Shown here one piece after another: positions 37,802 to 50,337 of a DNA stretch of 64,000 bases. The notes beneath the pieces are model-generated. The model had not been told where the DNA came from and did no database searches. It was given only the letters and a program-made list of their open reading frames with translations. The DNA comes from Vitrella brassicaformis CCMP3155 (Eukaryota > Protista > Chromerida). The stretch is from NCBI GenBank assembly GCA_001179505.1, contig CDMY01000417.1:1-64000 (forward strand), read 5' to 3'. Numbering within the stretch: position 1 is the stretch's first letter; each line of letters begins with the position of its first letter. Both the position numbers and the translations under genes were made by a program.

Positions 37802-40800
37802 TCACTCGCCGTGCAGCAGAGAGCTGAGCACGCCGCCCCCGCCCACATTGTCCGATGAAACACGCCGGCGCATTCCGGGCCTCTGCTGCTCCTGCCCTCT
37901 CGCCGCGCCAATCGGCCCGGAATACGACCGCCCCCTCTGCTGCAGGGCGGTCGCACTCGCACCTTCAGCCGCAGCCGCGCCCACGACCTTCTCCCCGCCG
38001 GCAGCAGGATTCTTCTGCTGTGTGCGTCTCCATCTGCCAGTGGGTGGGGGCGACTTGGGTGCGATGCGTGGCGAGAGTGGGGGAGGGGTCTCTGATGAGC
38101 TGGTGGGGGGCAGGGGGACGGGGGGCGCTGACGGCGCGATGGCGGGGGGCTGGGGGGACACGGGCGGCTCACGCACACACCTACAGACAGAGACGGAGAC
38201 AGGCAGGTCAGGTGAGAGTGCCTCCATTCTAGGTGCGTGGGTCTGTGTGTGTTTGGTTACCAAGCGGCCACGACGGTGATGTCGTCTGCCTTTCCGCCCT
38301 TGTGTATGAGTTTGCGCGAGGCGGCCGCATTGGATGCGAACGGGGTGCGGGCAGTGAGGTCCTGCGACCGGTTGAAGGCCGCCTCTGCTATGGCCGTAGC
38401 GATGTTCTGACAGACAGACAGACAGACAGACAGACAGAGACAAGGATGGACACAGCCCAGCCCGACGTGGATGCGCACTCTCCTCTCTCTCTCTGTGCGT
38501 GTGTGTGTGTGGTGGTCAATCAGTGTGTGTGGGTACGCCACGCACCTTTGGCGAAGTGGTGAGGGATTGGTCGTGCAGCAGCAGCGCCTCGTATGGCGAC
38601 ATGGCGAGATTCGCCAGAGCGGCGATCTCGTGCTCAAACAAATTGTCAAACACACCGTCGGTGCCTGCACGTCCGTATGTAAGTGCCCTGTGGTTGCCCT
38701 GCCGTTAGTGTGTGTCTGGTCTGCATCCAAACGCACCTAGTATGACGAGGTCTCCTTCCATGAGGTCGACGGTGGAGATGTCGGCGCACTCCGGGAGATC
38801 GTGATTGGCAGGCTCGGGGATGCCCCGGACCCTTATAGACAGATGGATGGATGGAGTACACACATAGAGAGAGAGGGATGCACTGACTGCACAAGGCGTT
38901 TGTGTGTGTGAGGGTCACGGACGTACCATGAGGCCAGTCGCTGCAGTCCGTTCTGCTCCAGGTATGGCAGGTCGCTCTTCTTGGGGACCCGCATCAGCTG
39001 GTAGGGGCAGTTGAACCCGTGTTGCTGCTCGACCGTCTTCTTGACCACCTCCAACTCATACGCTGTCTGACGCCTGGCAGTCATATCATAGCAAACACAT
39101 GGATTGATGGATGGATGCCGTGACGCCGCTCTTCATCTCATCTGTCCATCCATTCTCACTCACCGGAGAACGATGAGCCCGGAGTCGCCCAGGTTGGCCA
39201 CTCCCAGCCGGCCGCCCTCCTCATCCAAACACGCCACACAGGCAGTGGAGCTGCCCCACGCCCGTGTGTTGGCATACCCAGCCTTGAGCACCTGCAGCAT
39301 CCGCCGCTGCAGCCGAGCCGCACGCGCCTCGTCACGCACAGAGGCAGAGGGGGAGGCCTCGCCATCGCAGTCACCAGCTGGCGTGGGGGAGCCCCGTGGC
39401 GAGCCGTCGGGCGTCTCGGATGGGCTGCTGGAGAGCTCTGCGTTGTCTGCGATGACGGATGCAGTGATGCGGGGGCGCTTGGCGGAGTGTGCGAGGGGCT
39501 TGGGGGCTGGAGTGGGGTCGGGGAGGGGCGCCGAGAGATCGCGGGTAGAGAGCGTCGCCAACGAGTTGGAATAATACGAGAAATCTGACACACAGGACAA
39601 GTGTGACAGACACACACAGGACAGGTTTGGTTTGCGTCGATCTTTCCCCATGATCCGTCCACCTCCCCACCTACTTTTCTCCCGCTCGTCTCTTTCGAGC
39701 GCCTGCATCAGCGGACTGGATGGCGGCTCCAGCGGCTCATCGGCCATCAGCGACTCCCCCTCCAGGCCCCCCTGCCCAACCGGCAGCCCCGGCGACGCCA
39801 GACGTCTCGCCGCCTCCAGAGACAGACCCGACGCGCCGGTATCGTTGTCGTCAGAGTCACACGAGAGGTTGCGGGACATGATGGGCAGCGGCGATGGCGC
39901 AGACGCTTTGCGTGCCATGGCCGCCTGTTGTCTCTGGAGCAGCAGCTGCTGGCGGGCAATGTGTCGGGTGCGGCGTCTCTCGAGCCGCTCGTTGATGCGG
40001 ACGACCTCCCGCTTGCAGCCGTCCATGAGCTCGTCGGCAAACTGCCGGGCGTTGAGGCCGAGGTTCGTCCACTCGCCCACCCCGTCGGCCACACCGATGC
40101 CCGACCACGCCAGGTCCGTGGACGTCGTCTCCCTGAAGGAAGGAAGAAGGCAAGGACAAACAAGCACACAGAATGCCACTAGGGTGTGTGGCTGCATGGC
40201 ATGGGTGGGCTGGCTGGTGTGGCTGGTGCGTGCGCTGCGCACCAGATGAAGAATGCGTCCTCGCCGCCTCTACTGCGCTTGTCCGGGTGTGGGATGGAGC
40301 ACGCCCCAGCTGTCAGCCGCAGCGCCTTCGCGTGGCGCAGGTCGGGCAGATTCATCTCCTTGGAAACCAATGAATGTGCGAACACAGAAGCGACGAGAAC
40401 ATGCAATGCAGGACACGCTCCCGTGCTGTGCTGTGCTGTGCTGTGGGGTGGGGTGCGTACCAGCATGACGTCTGCGTGAGTGTGCATAGCGTGCAAGCAA
40501 TTGAGGACCTCGGGGGTCCACCCCACAGCCCCAGTGGGGCACACCACCATCCTCCCGTACCCACCCCCCTCATCCCCGCTCCCACTGCCCGACGACGACA
40601 CCGACGAGGGCGACAGATCGCCGCTTTCGCCGCCCTCGCCGCACTGGATCGACCTCTTCCTGTGGTGCCGCTTCACGCTCACGGTGGTCCCCAATGCAGG
40701 CGTGGACAGGGTGCGAGGGAGGCCGGCCAGCAGCGACTGGCGGGGGGACTCCGGCTCGGCATCGTCGTGTGCGTGTGTGCCTGGGCTTCTGGGGGAGGAA

Positions 40801-42841
40801 GGGTCGCCTGTGGACTCCTTGGTGCTGTCGTCCGAGTCGTGGCGGGCGGCGTCGTACTTGTCGGGCGAGATGGGGACGGATCGGGTGCGGGTGGGGGGAG
40901 AGGGGAGGCCGATGCGGGTCGTTGGACGGTACACACGCCTGAGTGATACACACACACACACAGACACGGGATGGATGGCATGTGGCATGTGGCATGTGTG
41001 ATGTGTGATATGTGGTGGGGCTGTTGTGTTGGCTTACATGCCGGCCGAGCTGGACCTTCGGCGCTTCTGCAGATCCTCAAAGCTCTTGGCGTGCTTCAGG
41101 GCAATCTGACACACACACACACACACACAGGCAGACATGACACGGACAGGGAAATGCAGATGGATGCGCGTGCCGTCGGTGTGGTTGTCAGGTTAGGTGG
41201 GGTGGGGTTGCCGACCTGATGGACTACGAGTATGTTGAAGAGCTGTCCGTTGTGGCTCTGCTGGATGGGCAACTTCCGATCCACCGTCACCACGCCGTCC
41301 ACGCGATACTTGTAGAGGTACAGCCCCGGCTGGATGTGGTCCACCACCTCACGCAACGACAGCCAAAACACACCCGTCCTGAACACACACACAAGCCACG
41401 GAAAGGTGGATGCATCCAGTGGGTTGTCTTGTGCGTCTGTCTCACTCACTGACCGTGAGCACTTGAACAGTTCGAGGGCGACTGTCCACGGCGGGTTGGT
41501 GAAGTTTCCCATCACCTCTACACAACTAGCACCAGGGGCGTTCCATCGGATTATCGGACCGTCACGCCTGCCCACCAACCAACAGAGACGCCATACAAAA
41601 CACACACGTGACCAGAAACCCTCCCTCCCTCCCTTGTCGGCCCGCCCTGTTCTCCCTATCTACTCACTTGCGGCTGTTGAGCGGCCGCAGCTTCGGCCCC
41701 TGCACATTATCCCTCCTCACTTGCCGGCCGTCGCTGCTGGCCCGCTGCAGCGCATCCACCTCATCGATGGAGTCGTCACTGTCTCGCCTCCAGGCCCACA
41801 CGACGGTGTCGTGTGCGATGGGGTATGGCGGCAGCACGGGGGAAGGCGTGCCGTCGTCCTCCTTGGGGTTGTTGGCGCCGCCCATGCGAGTGGCGGAGAG
41901 GGATGAGTCGGAGGGACGGGCGTATAGTGAGGCGAAGGGGAGGGAGAGCCGGCCGCTGCCGCTCCTGCTGCTGTCTGTCCGCGGGGTGTCTTGCTTGATG
42001 TCGTATGGGTCGAACAGCAGCCAGTCGTCATCTTGACGCTCGATGTAGAACTTGAGCTGCTGGCTCTGATTCGATTCACATGAATGAATGACACACGTGG
42101 GAGGAAGGATGCATTGCATTGGGTGCCTGCCTTCGTATGTGGGTGTTTTGACCTGACCGTACCCGATTGAGAGCGAACTCTGCGAAGCTGTGGTCCAGCC
42201 GGGCCCGCTTGTACTCGAGCTGGTTGTTGCGATTCAAACGGTTCACGCAACTGCATCCACACCACACACGGACGGACAGAGGCCAGCCAATATAGAGACA
42301 TGCATGTCGGCACAAAGATCCTGTGGGTTTGTGAGGTGAGTGCGGCATCGTCTCACCGAAGGAAGGTATGAGTCTTCGCCTGGACAGACAACCAGGGAGG
42401 GGAACACACACACACGGGAAAGCGAAATGCATCATGCATGTTTTGATGGACACGCAAAGAATTCGTTCACTGCCTTCCTTCCTTCCTTCTGTGTGACCCT
42501 CCCTCCCTCCCTCCCTCACCCTGATGGGATTCTCTGTGGTAGCGATATTCTCGAGCACATCGATAAAGGGGTCAATGCCACGACGGTCACACCCATTCTG
42601 GATGATGAGCGAGTCATTCCCATCACATCACACAGCATTCAAGACACACCCATATGAATCTGCCGACCGTGTGCCTGGCTCCCAATGCCCCCACTCACTG
42701 CCCTGTCCTCACCTTGCCCACCGCCGCACTCGCTCCCCTCTGGCGGCAAGGGCCTCGGGCGGTCTTCAAAGCATCGCTCAACGTCAGCCTGACCTCAAGA
42801 CACGCAAGACACCACCTCGCGACAATCTCACTGACTCCCAT
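37802..42841 (-). CDS. PTC7-type PP2C (PPM) protein phosphatase with an upstream CBM48/AMPK-beta-like glycogen-binding module
   Basis: CBM: IIRWNAPGASCVEVMGNFTNPPW...PGLYLYKYRVDG (about 41230-41560). PP2C: IPHPDKRSRGGEDAFF, IGVADGVGEW, GSSTACV, VANLGDSGL, QQHGFNCPYQL, GDLVIL-GTDGVFDNLF, GGKADDITVV. Start (MGVSEIV, 42841) and last exon frame are less certain. Confidence 0.88.
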
Positions 42842-43134
42842 CCACCCGAACGTATCCCATTGGTCTGTCTCATACGGTGTGCGTGTGGTGGATGTGCTTA
42901 CGATAGGACGGCAGGGTCCTGTGGCTCTGCGTCGCTGTCGTCATAGTCAGCGTCACGATTCGGGAAAAAGCGGGCTATCGCACGACAGAGGCGACGATAG
43001 ATGCTACCCATTCCTGGAGAAGCGCAGAGGAGGAAGAAGCAACGAACGCGAGAGGAAAAGGCTGGCTAGCAAGCTCGCAGATCATTCGAGCATCAGATCT
43101 TCTTCCTCTTTCTCTTCCACACGACTGCTAATCG

Positions 43135-46100
43135 ATGGAGAAGGGCATCCCGAGGAAGAAGAAGAAGGAAAAGCAGAAGTCGGGTGGTGATGCCCACCAT
43201 CACCAGGGAGAAGCAGCCAAGGACAAGGAGGGCCTGGACCACGCTCCAAACACGAAGGAATTGCTGGATCTGAAGCAGACTCGCCAGCTGTACAAGAGCA
43301 ACCTCTACAGGTAGGTGAAGTGTCACATAGATCAGTCAGATGGATTCACGAAATGAATGAGTGCAGTGAGTGCACCACCTCATCCATCCGTCTGATCCAT
43401 CCCCATGGCCATGCCTTCCCTCTCCCTCTGTGTCTGTCTGATGTGTGTCAGGCTGCAACTGGAGGAGCTCTTGGCCAATGTGGGCGTCAAGGCAGCGCGC
43501 CTCAAGGAGTTCGGACCGCTGCTCATCGCTATCAACGAGACCCTCAACAGGCTCACCGGCCGCGACATCCCGGCTGATTTCGCCAGTGAGTTCCCCTCCT
43601 TGGTCTTCCACTTCATCCTCCCCGCTGCGTTCACCTTCACGCGGCCGGCCAGAGTGGATGTCGTGGGCAGCTATGTGCTCAAGGCGGTGACCAAGCCTGT
43701 GACCAATATTGACATCGCCATGGAGATGCCCAAGGACATGTTCCTGGAGCGGGACCACATCAACTACCGGTGCGTACGTGTGTGCGTGTGTGGGGAGGGG
43801 GGGCACATGGGTGTGGTGCGGTGCGGTCGTGTTCACCCTGTTGGTTTCTGCGTCTGGACGATGGTGCCTGCAGGTATTTCGACAAGCGGGCTGCGTATCT
43901 CGGTGAGGTGCATCGCCAGCTGACGGATATCTGCACCAGCATCGACACACCGCAGCAGCAGCAGCCAGAACGACAAAAGAAGAAAAAGAGGAAGACTGGC
44001 GGCAGCAACAGCGAGGCCACCACCCCCGCCCCACCAGCACCAGCACCAACACCGACCAGCCCCCTCGCCCCTTTCCGCCCTTCACTGGCCTTCCACGCGT
44101 GGCACGGCGACCCTCGCAAGCCCATCATCATCATGACAGTCACCCCGCCCCAAGACCACCCCTCCGCAAGGCGGTTTCACAACTGGAGGGTCCGGCTGTT
44201 CCCCGTCGTCAGCGACGACACGTTCCGTGAGGCGCGACTGGCGCCCAGTTGGAACTCGGTGCGTCAGCCGACCACGACGAGCAGCATGTTGGCTCTGGAA
44301 GAGTACAGGAGGAGTGTGCAGAAGGGTGGAGGGGAGAGGGTGGGCAAGAGCAGGGCGCAGGAGGTGGAGAGGGAGGGGCTGGCCCTGCCGCCCACTCCGG
44401 CCTACAACGCCGCTGTGCTCGAAGACATGCGGTCAGCAGAGGCAGGGAGCACAGCTAACAAGACAGACACCTGTGTGTTTCTTTGTTGACTGCAATCGTG
44501 TGCCTGTGTGTGTTCCGCGTCAGGATGCGTCGGCACGTGCATCTGTTGGTCGAGTGCCTCGAAAAGTGGCCCGCCCTCAAAGACACCCTCCACCTCATCA
44601 AGACATGGGCATTCCAGCGGGGCTTTCTTGCCACACCCAAATGCCCCCACTTCACATCGGTCGACGGCTTTACCCTCTCACTCGTCGCAGCACACTGCAC
44701 ACGTGCCCACAGTGGGGCCGCCAGCACAGCCGCCCCGCAGCTGTTCAAGCTGACCATGGCCTTTCTCGCCAGGCCGCAATTGCTGACCCACAAGTGGGTG
44801 TTTGGGAGGGGCGGTGGTGCGGCGAGGGGCGACAAGGATCCGCCGCAGGGACAGGGGGCGCTGTATGACTCGGACGAGGAGACGTTTAACGTGCTGTGGA
44901 GATGTGGGCTGCACATGCAGGTACAGATCGGAGGGAGGGAGGGAGAGAGAGGGATGGAGAGAGAGAGGGAGGGAGGGAAAGAGGCATGGATTGGGTCTGC
45001 TGTTGTCGCAGGAGCTTCACGACGAGGCGCGGCGCACTCTGTCCCTGCTGGAGTCTGCGAGCGACCCCTTCACGGCCCTCTTCGGCATCAGGTACCGGCC
45101 CGAGTTCTCATGGGACCTCCACATACACGTACCCCACGACGCCATACCGCCCCCCAACAAACTCCCACAAGCCGTAAGCCACTCGACCCGACACACAGGT
45201 CAGTCAGTGTCATTTTCCCTGTTTGCCTGCTTTTGTCTGCCACAGGGCCTGTTTGATGATCATGGAGGGAAAGCGACAGAGTGGGAGCAGCTGCCGCATG
45301 TGGCCTTTGCCGCCACTTTGGTGGCCCTCTTGCGCAGAGGCCTCACCGATCGCGTCCATGGCTATGCCATTCGATTCGTCCCTCCCGCATCGTCCGGGAG
45401 CGAGAGTGATGACGGCAAGTACTGCTGGCATGGCGAGGAGGTGCCCCCGCGGTGCTGCGGTGTGGCCGTGGGGCTCATGCTGGACAGGGAACACATGAAC
45501 AGGGCCATCGACAAGGGGCCCTCGGCCGACACTGCCGAAGCCAAACGATTCAAGTACACACACACACACACACACAGACGAGTATCCACATCACACGTGT
45601 GTGGTGGCTATCTCAGTTTTCCGTGTGTGGTGCGTGTGTGTGTAGAGCGTTTTGGGGCGGCAAGTCGGAGATTCGCCGATTCCGCGACTCGTCCATCCTC
45701 GAATGTGTGGTGTGGCAGCCCCCGGCAACCGACTGCATCTTCCCTGAGGGCCACCCCACACATCCCTCCGTCCCCACACAGATCATCCGCCACCTTCTCA
45801 AGACCTACTTCCCCTCACTGCACGCCACCAACGACGTGCAAATGACGTCATCGGCGAAAAGCAACAAGCGCAAAGGGATAGAGGAGGAGGGGGCGCTGGC
45901 CACGGCAAGAGAGAGCGAGAGGTGTGTCATCCACACAGCGCCCCTGACGATGAGCCCATCGGTGTCTGATGACGGCACCGGCCTGTGGTCGGCCTTCAAC
46001 GAGTTCAAGAGCCACCTCGACGAGCTGACGACGCTCCCCCTGGCCATCAAGGAGGTCAAGCCAGTGTCGCCGTCATTCCGCTACTGCGCCGTAGGCAGCG

Positions 46101-48144
46101 AGCCCAGGGCGGCCGGTGTCAGCAACACGCGGCTGCTGAGGGAGCTTAGGGGCGGTGCTGCGGCCCACACAGATGAGGAGGAGGATGGCGGCCACCGGCG
46201 TGTGCATGACGTGGTAATAGAGTTTGAGGGCTCGGGAGCGTGGCCGACAGATGAGGCGGCGATTCGGAAAATCAAGACGGCGTTCCTCATCAAGCTGCAG
46301 TGAGCAAGAGATCGAGAAGGAGAGAGGCCAGCTTAAGGCCGGCGGTCTATCCATGTGTGTGTGGAGTGTATTGTATGGTGTGCGTGGTGCGTCCTGTGTG
46401 CTATGCAGGTCTGACATGTCTTCTGAGTTTGGCATCGAATCCGATCTCACGGCCGCCTACGCCGACGTCAAATACCCTGACGTACGCACACACCCCGAGA
46501 GACGGAGCGATGGACTGACTCATGCTGGCATCATATCCATCATGTGTGCTGCTGTCGTCTCCCACTCGCCACACCTATCCATCCATCCATCCACTCAGCA
46601 CATCTTCCGTGTGCGCATCTTCCACCCGAAGGAGGTGGGGGGGATCGCTGCACAAGTCACCAACCCCGCACACAACCTCAAGGTCAGGTCAACCAACACA
46701 CCAAAACACACATGGCATGGCATGGCATGGACTTGTGTGTATTGTATTGTATTGTATGCGATGCGCCCGTCCTTTCTTCCCCCGTCCGTCAGACTCGGCC
46801 CGACGACGCATCCCTGAAGGATCTTCGCGAGCTGTGGTGGCGGCCGCATGTGGGTGCCCTCCTGCGTGCGATGGCTTTGAGGAACCAGGCTTACAGCGCC
46901 ACTGTGCGGCTGGTCAAGCAGTGGCTGGGCCACCAGCTGGTCGACCGTGCCGACGACTGGTGCGAGCACGTCGTGTATCGGGTGTTCCAAGACCCATCGC
47001 CCTTCATGGAGCCACCCAACACCCCTCATGTGGGTCTTGTCAGGTGAGAATACACAACGGAGAGAGGGAGGGAGGGGGTTTGATTTTGATGTCATGGCGC
47101 CTGCGAGATGATATGTGTGGATGGTTGTGGTGTGCAGGTGTCTGTTGTTTGTGAGCGGCTTTGAGTGGGAGGGTGCGCCGCTGACGGTCGACCTTGACGA
47201 GACACTGGCGCACAACCCCGAGCAGCAGCACCAGCTGCAACTTGCATATGAGAGGTCCGGTCCGTGAGGCCTCCCATCCGACCCCGACCGCCGTGTCTGT
47301 GTATGGTGATGTGATGCAGGGCTCATAGCAAGGGAGCGTCCACATCCCGCCTGCCGCCACTGTGGGTGTCCTCATTCTTCGATCCTCACGCCCTGCTGCT
47401 GCCCCTGCCCACAGCCATGAACTGCAAACGCATCATCGCAAAGAGCAAGTGAGGGAGTGAGATGAAGATCCCCACACACAGGGGGTTGATTCGCAATGCC
47501 CGTGTGTGTCTCGCCTTATGGTGGTGGTATCTCTTTCTTTGTCAGGGCTGCCCTCGATGTGTTCCGCCAGAACTTCGAGCATCCATCCGCCGGCCTCAGG
47601 TGCACACGACATGGATGGATGGGCGGCCACACAATCACTCACCCCGTTGTTTGTGTGTAGGTGTTGGGCGCCTCTCTTCACCGCCCCCCTGTCTGCCTTC
47701 GATCTGGTGCTGCACCTCCACCCCCTCCCCAAGCTCGCCGCATTCATCGCCAAGACACTCGGCCGCCAGCACAAGAAGGAGCGACTCAAGACGCAAAGAG
47801 AGCAATTTGCAAACCTCCCAGCAAGCAGCAACCAAGACCCTGATGGCAGCACCGACATCCACCCAGAGGCGCTGTCTGACCAAGCCATGGCCGGGGGCCT
47901 CACAGCCATGCTCGTCAATCAGCTGCGGCAGCGGTTTGCTGGCACGGCTGAGTTCTTTTACAACCCGCTGCTCGCCCCGCCGCCCTTGATTGCGGTCAAG
48001 CTCCATCCGTCGGCTTTTGAGCTGAAGTTGGCGGGCGGGGAGGGTGAGAGAGGAGGGCAGAGTGCGAGTGTAGCTTTTCTGGGTCATGTGATGGCCAGCA
48101 TGGGAAAGGGGCTGGTGTCACACCCGCAATTTGTGGCCAAGTGA
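43135..48144 (+). CDS. NOL6: Nucleolar protein 6 / Utp22 (Nrap family, SSU processome)
   Basis: KK-rich N-terminus, LYKSNLYR-LQLEELL, VVGSYVLK...NIDIAMEMPKDMFLERDHINYR-YFDKRAAYL, PTPAYNAAVLED, LIKTWAFQRG, IDKGPSA...FWGGKSEIRRFRDSSILECVVW, LPLAIKEV, FEGSGAWPTDEAAIRKIKTAFLIKL, VRLVKQWL. Confidence 0.92.
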
Positions 48145-48456
48145 GAAGCGTGTGGTGCTGTGTGTCGTGTGTGGTGTGTCGATGAGATGTGTGACGAGAC
48201 GTCGGGGCGTCACGTGTGCGTGTGCGTGGGACTATTGCTGGACAGATTCAGTGACACACACGGACAAAATTCGCATGCACACACGTGTGATGCAATGTCA
48301 TGTCTGCAACAAAGTTGACGTGATCGAGAGGACAAGGGCAGAGAGACGCGCTGGCTATTTACAGAGCATGCAATCAATAAATGATGGATGGACTTGGTCA
48401 AAACGGAAGAAAACAATCGTCTGGGGCCTCTGCACAGCCATCCATTCTCCCGCCAT

Positions 48457-49877
48457 TCACCACCTCATGTGCCCCCGCTGGGTGGTCATCTCAATCATCG
48501 GCTGCTCGGCCTGCACACACACGTCATGCGCCAAACAAAGTGCCCCCCATCTACAGCACACTGGCCGCCCTTGTGTTGTACCTACCGCTTCGTCGAACTC
48601 GGGTGACGTTTTGAGTAGTTCCATCATGGCCTCCCTGACCTTGTCCTTGAGGATCTCGACCTTCTGCTCGTGCGATATCTCCGTCACCTCCATGCCGTCA
48701 AGCCCCTCCTGAGATTCCAGCGGCAGCTCGGACGGCTCACTCCAACTCTGACACACACACGGAGAGAGATGAGCGTATACAGGTTTCCGTTTTGTGCTGT
48801 TGTGTTGAAGCTGACTGACCTCTGGGGCTATGGGGTCTCCGATGGCCACGTAGCACGTCCCCGGCGACGCGAGGTACGACCCCAGAGGCCATATCTTGGG
48901 CGTGCTGTGCACGACTGACGCACACACACGCAGACACACACAGCAAGCCATGCGAAAAGGGTGGGTGGACACATTCTCTCCAGTCGCCTGTCGCGTACCC
49001 ATGGGCAGTATCTCGAGGTGCTCGTCGACGGCGAATCTGAAGAAGCCATCCTTGAACATCTGCAACCGGCCCGTCGTGCTCCGTGTGCCCTCGGGGAATG
49101 TCACTATGCCGATCCGCAGGTCGAGAAGCTGCCTGCATCGCTGATATTGACGCGCACACACACCCAGAGATGGCATCAATCATGCCTGCCGGACAACTCG
49201 CCACGGGTGTGTGTGTCTTATCGCATACATCGAACATCTTCTTGACCGTTCCCGGCTCCGTACCAAAACCACCTGCACTCGCACACACATGGACAAACAC
49301 AGACATACGCCGATATCATCTGCCCCCCGACGTTCCCTCGCTCCCTCTGTTACCCTTTGATTTGTTGAAGTAGATGGGCACGTCGCCCGACAGCCGGAGT
49401 GCCCACCCCAGTATGGGCACCTGCCGCAGCGACGATTTGTAGACGTACTTGAGGGGCCAGGGGTACAGGCAGTAGTTGGTGATCCATGGGTCTGCGCCAG
49501 ACAGGTGGTTGCACATGACCAGAGTCCGCGATGGGCAGTAACCCCGGGGCGCCCTGCGGATCACCTTGACGCGCCAAAATGGGCTCAGAAGGATGGCCAC
49601 TGAGAGAGGACAGAAAGCGCAAGGAGCACAACACAACCAATGCATGCATCTCCTCTCTCTGCGTGCTTTCCTTACAGAAGCTCCCCCCGCGCATCAGGTG
49701 GCCCATGAGCAGCTCCTTGAGCCTCGCATTACAGATGAAGCACAGCAGGCAGAGCGCCCAGAAGGCCAGCTGCAGCACCAGGCTCACGAAGCCGAACAGA
49801 AACATCAGAAGAAACATCCATGCCGTTGCCACCACCCGCACTGTCTTAGAGAGGCAGGGGTCACCCTCGGGCACCAT
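48457..49877 (-). CDS. 1-acyl-sn-glycerol-3-phosphate acyltransferase (LPAAT/PlsC family)
   Basis: N-terminal TM helix, MCNHLSGAD (NHxxxxD), KSSLRQVPILGW, VTFPEGTRS, FKDGFF. Confidence 0.92.
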
Positions 49878-50337
49878 TTTCAGTGTCCAGCGCTTCTGCT
49901 ACAAGCTCGCGCTTCGGTTTTTAAACCGCTCTCTCGGTTTTTCAACGCCCTAACTCGGGAATCGGCTTTGACAGAAATGCGCCGCTTCGGCGCTTAGCGG
50001 CGGCAGCAGGGCGCCAAATTCAACGCTGCTGGCACGGCTTAGGCATCGCAGCCCAATTCGCAGCCGTCCCGGGCCACGTCCGGCTCATTCGCAGCGCGCT
50101 GTGATCCATACATCGCCAGCGGCACACAGCAGCACCTCCTGTGGACCACTACACACAGCAGCGCTATTGCAGCAGCGCCTTGAAACACTCTGAGCCTGAT
50201 GAGTACCTGGAGGACACCGGTGGGCAGAACACAGCACAGACAGTGAAGAAGGACGTACAATGGATACACTTGCATTCATTGACCCTTTCCAGGTCGCATT
50301 GGTCATGACGGCCTTTTCGAGTTAGGCTGCCGTCGGT

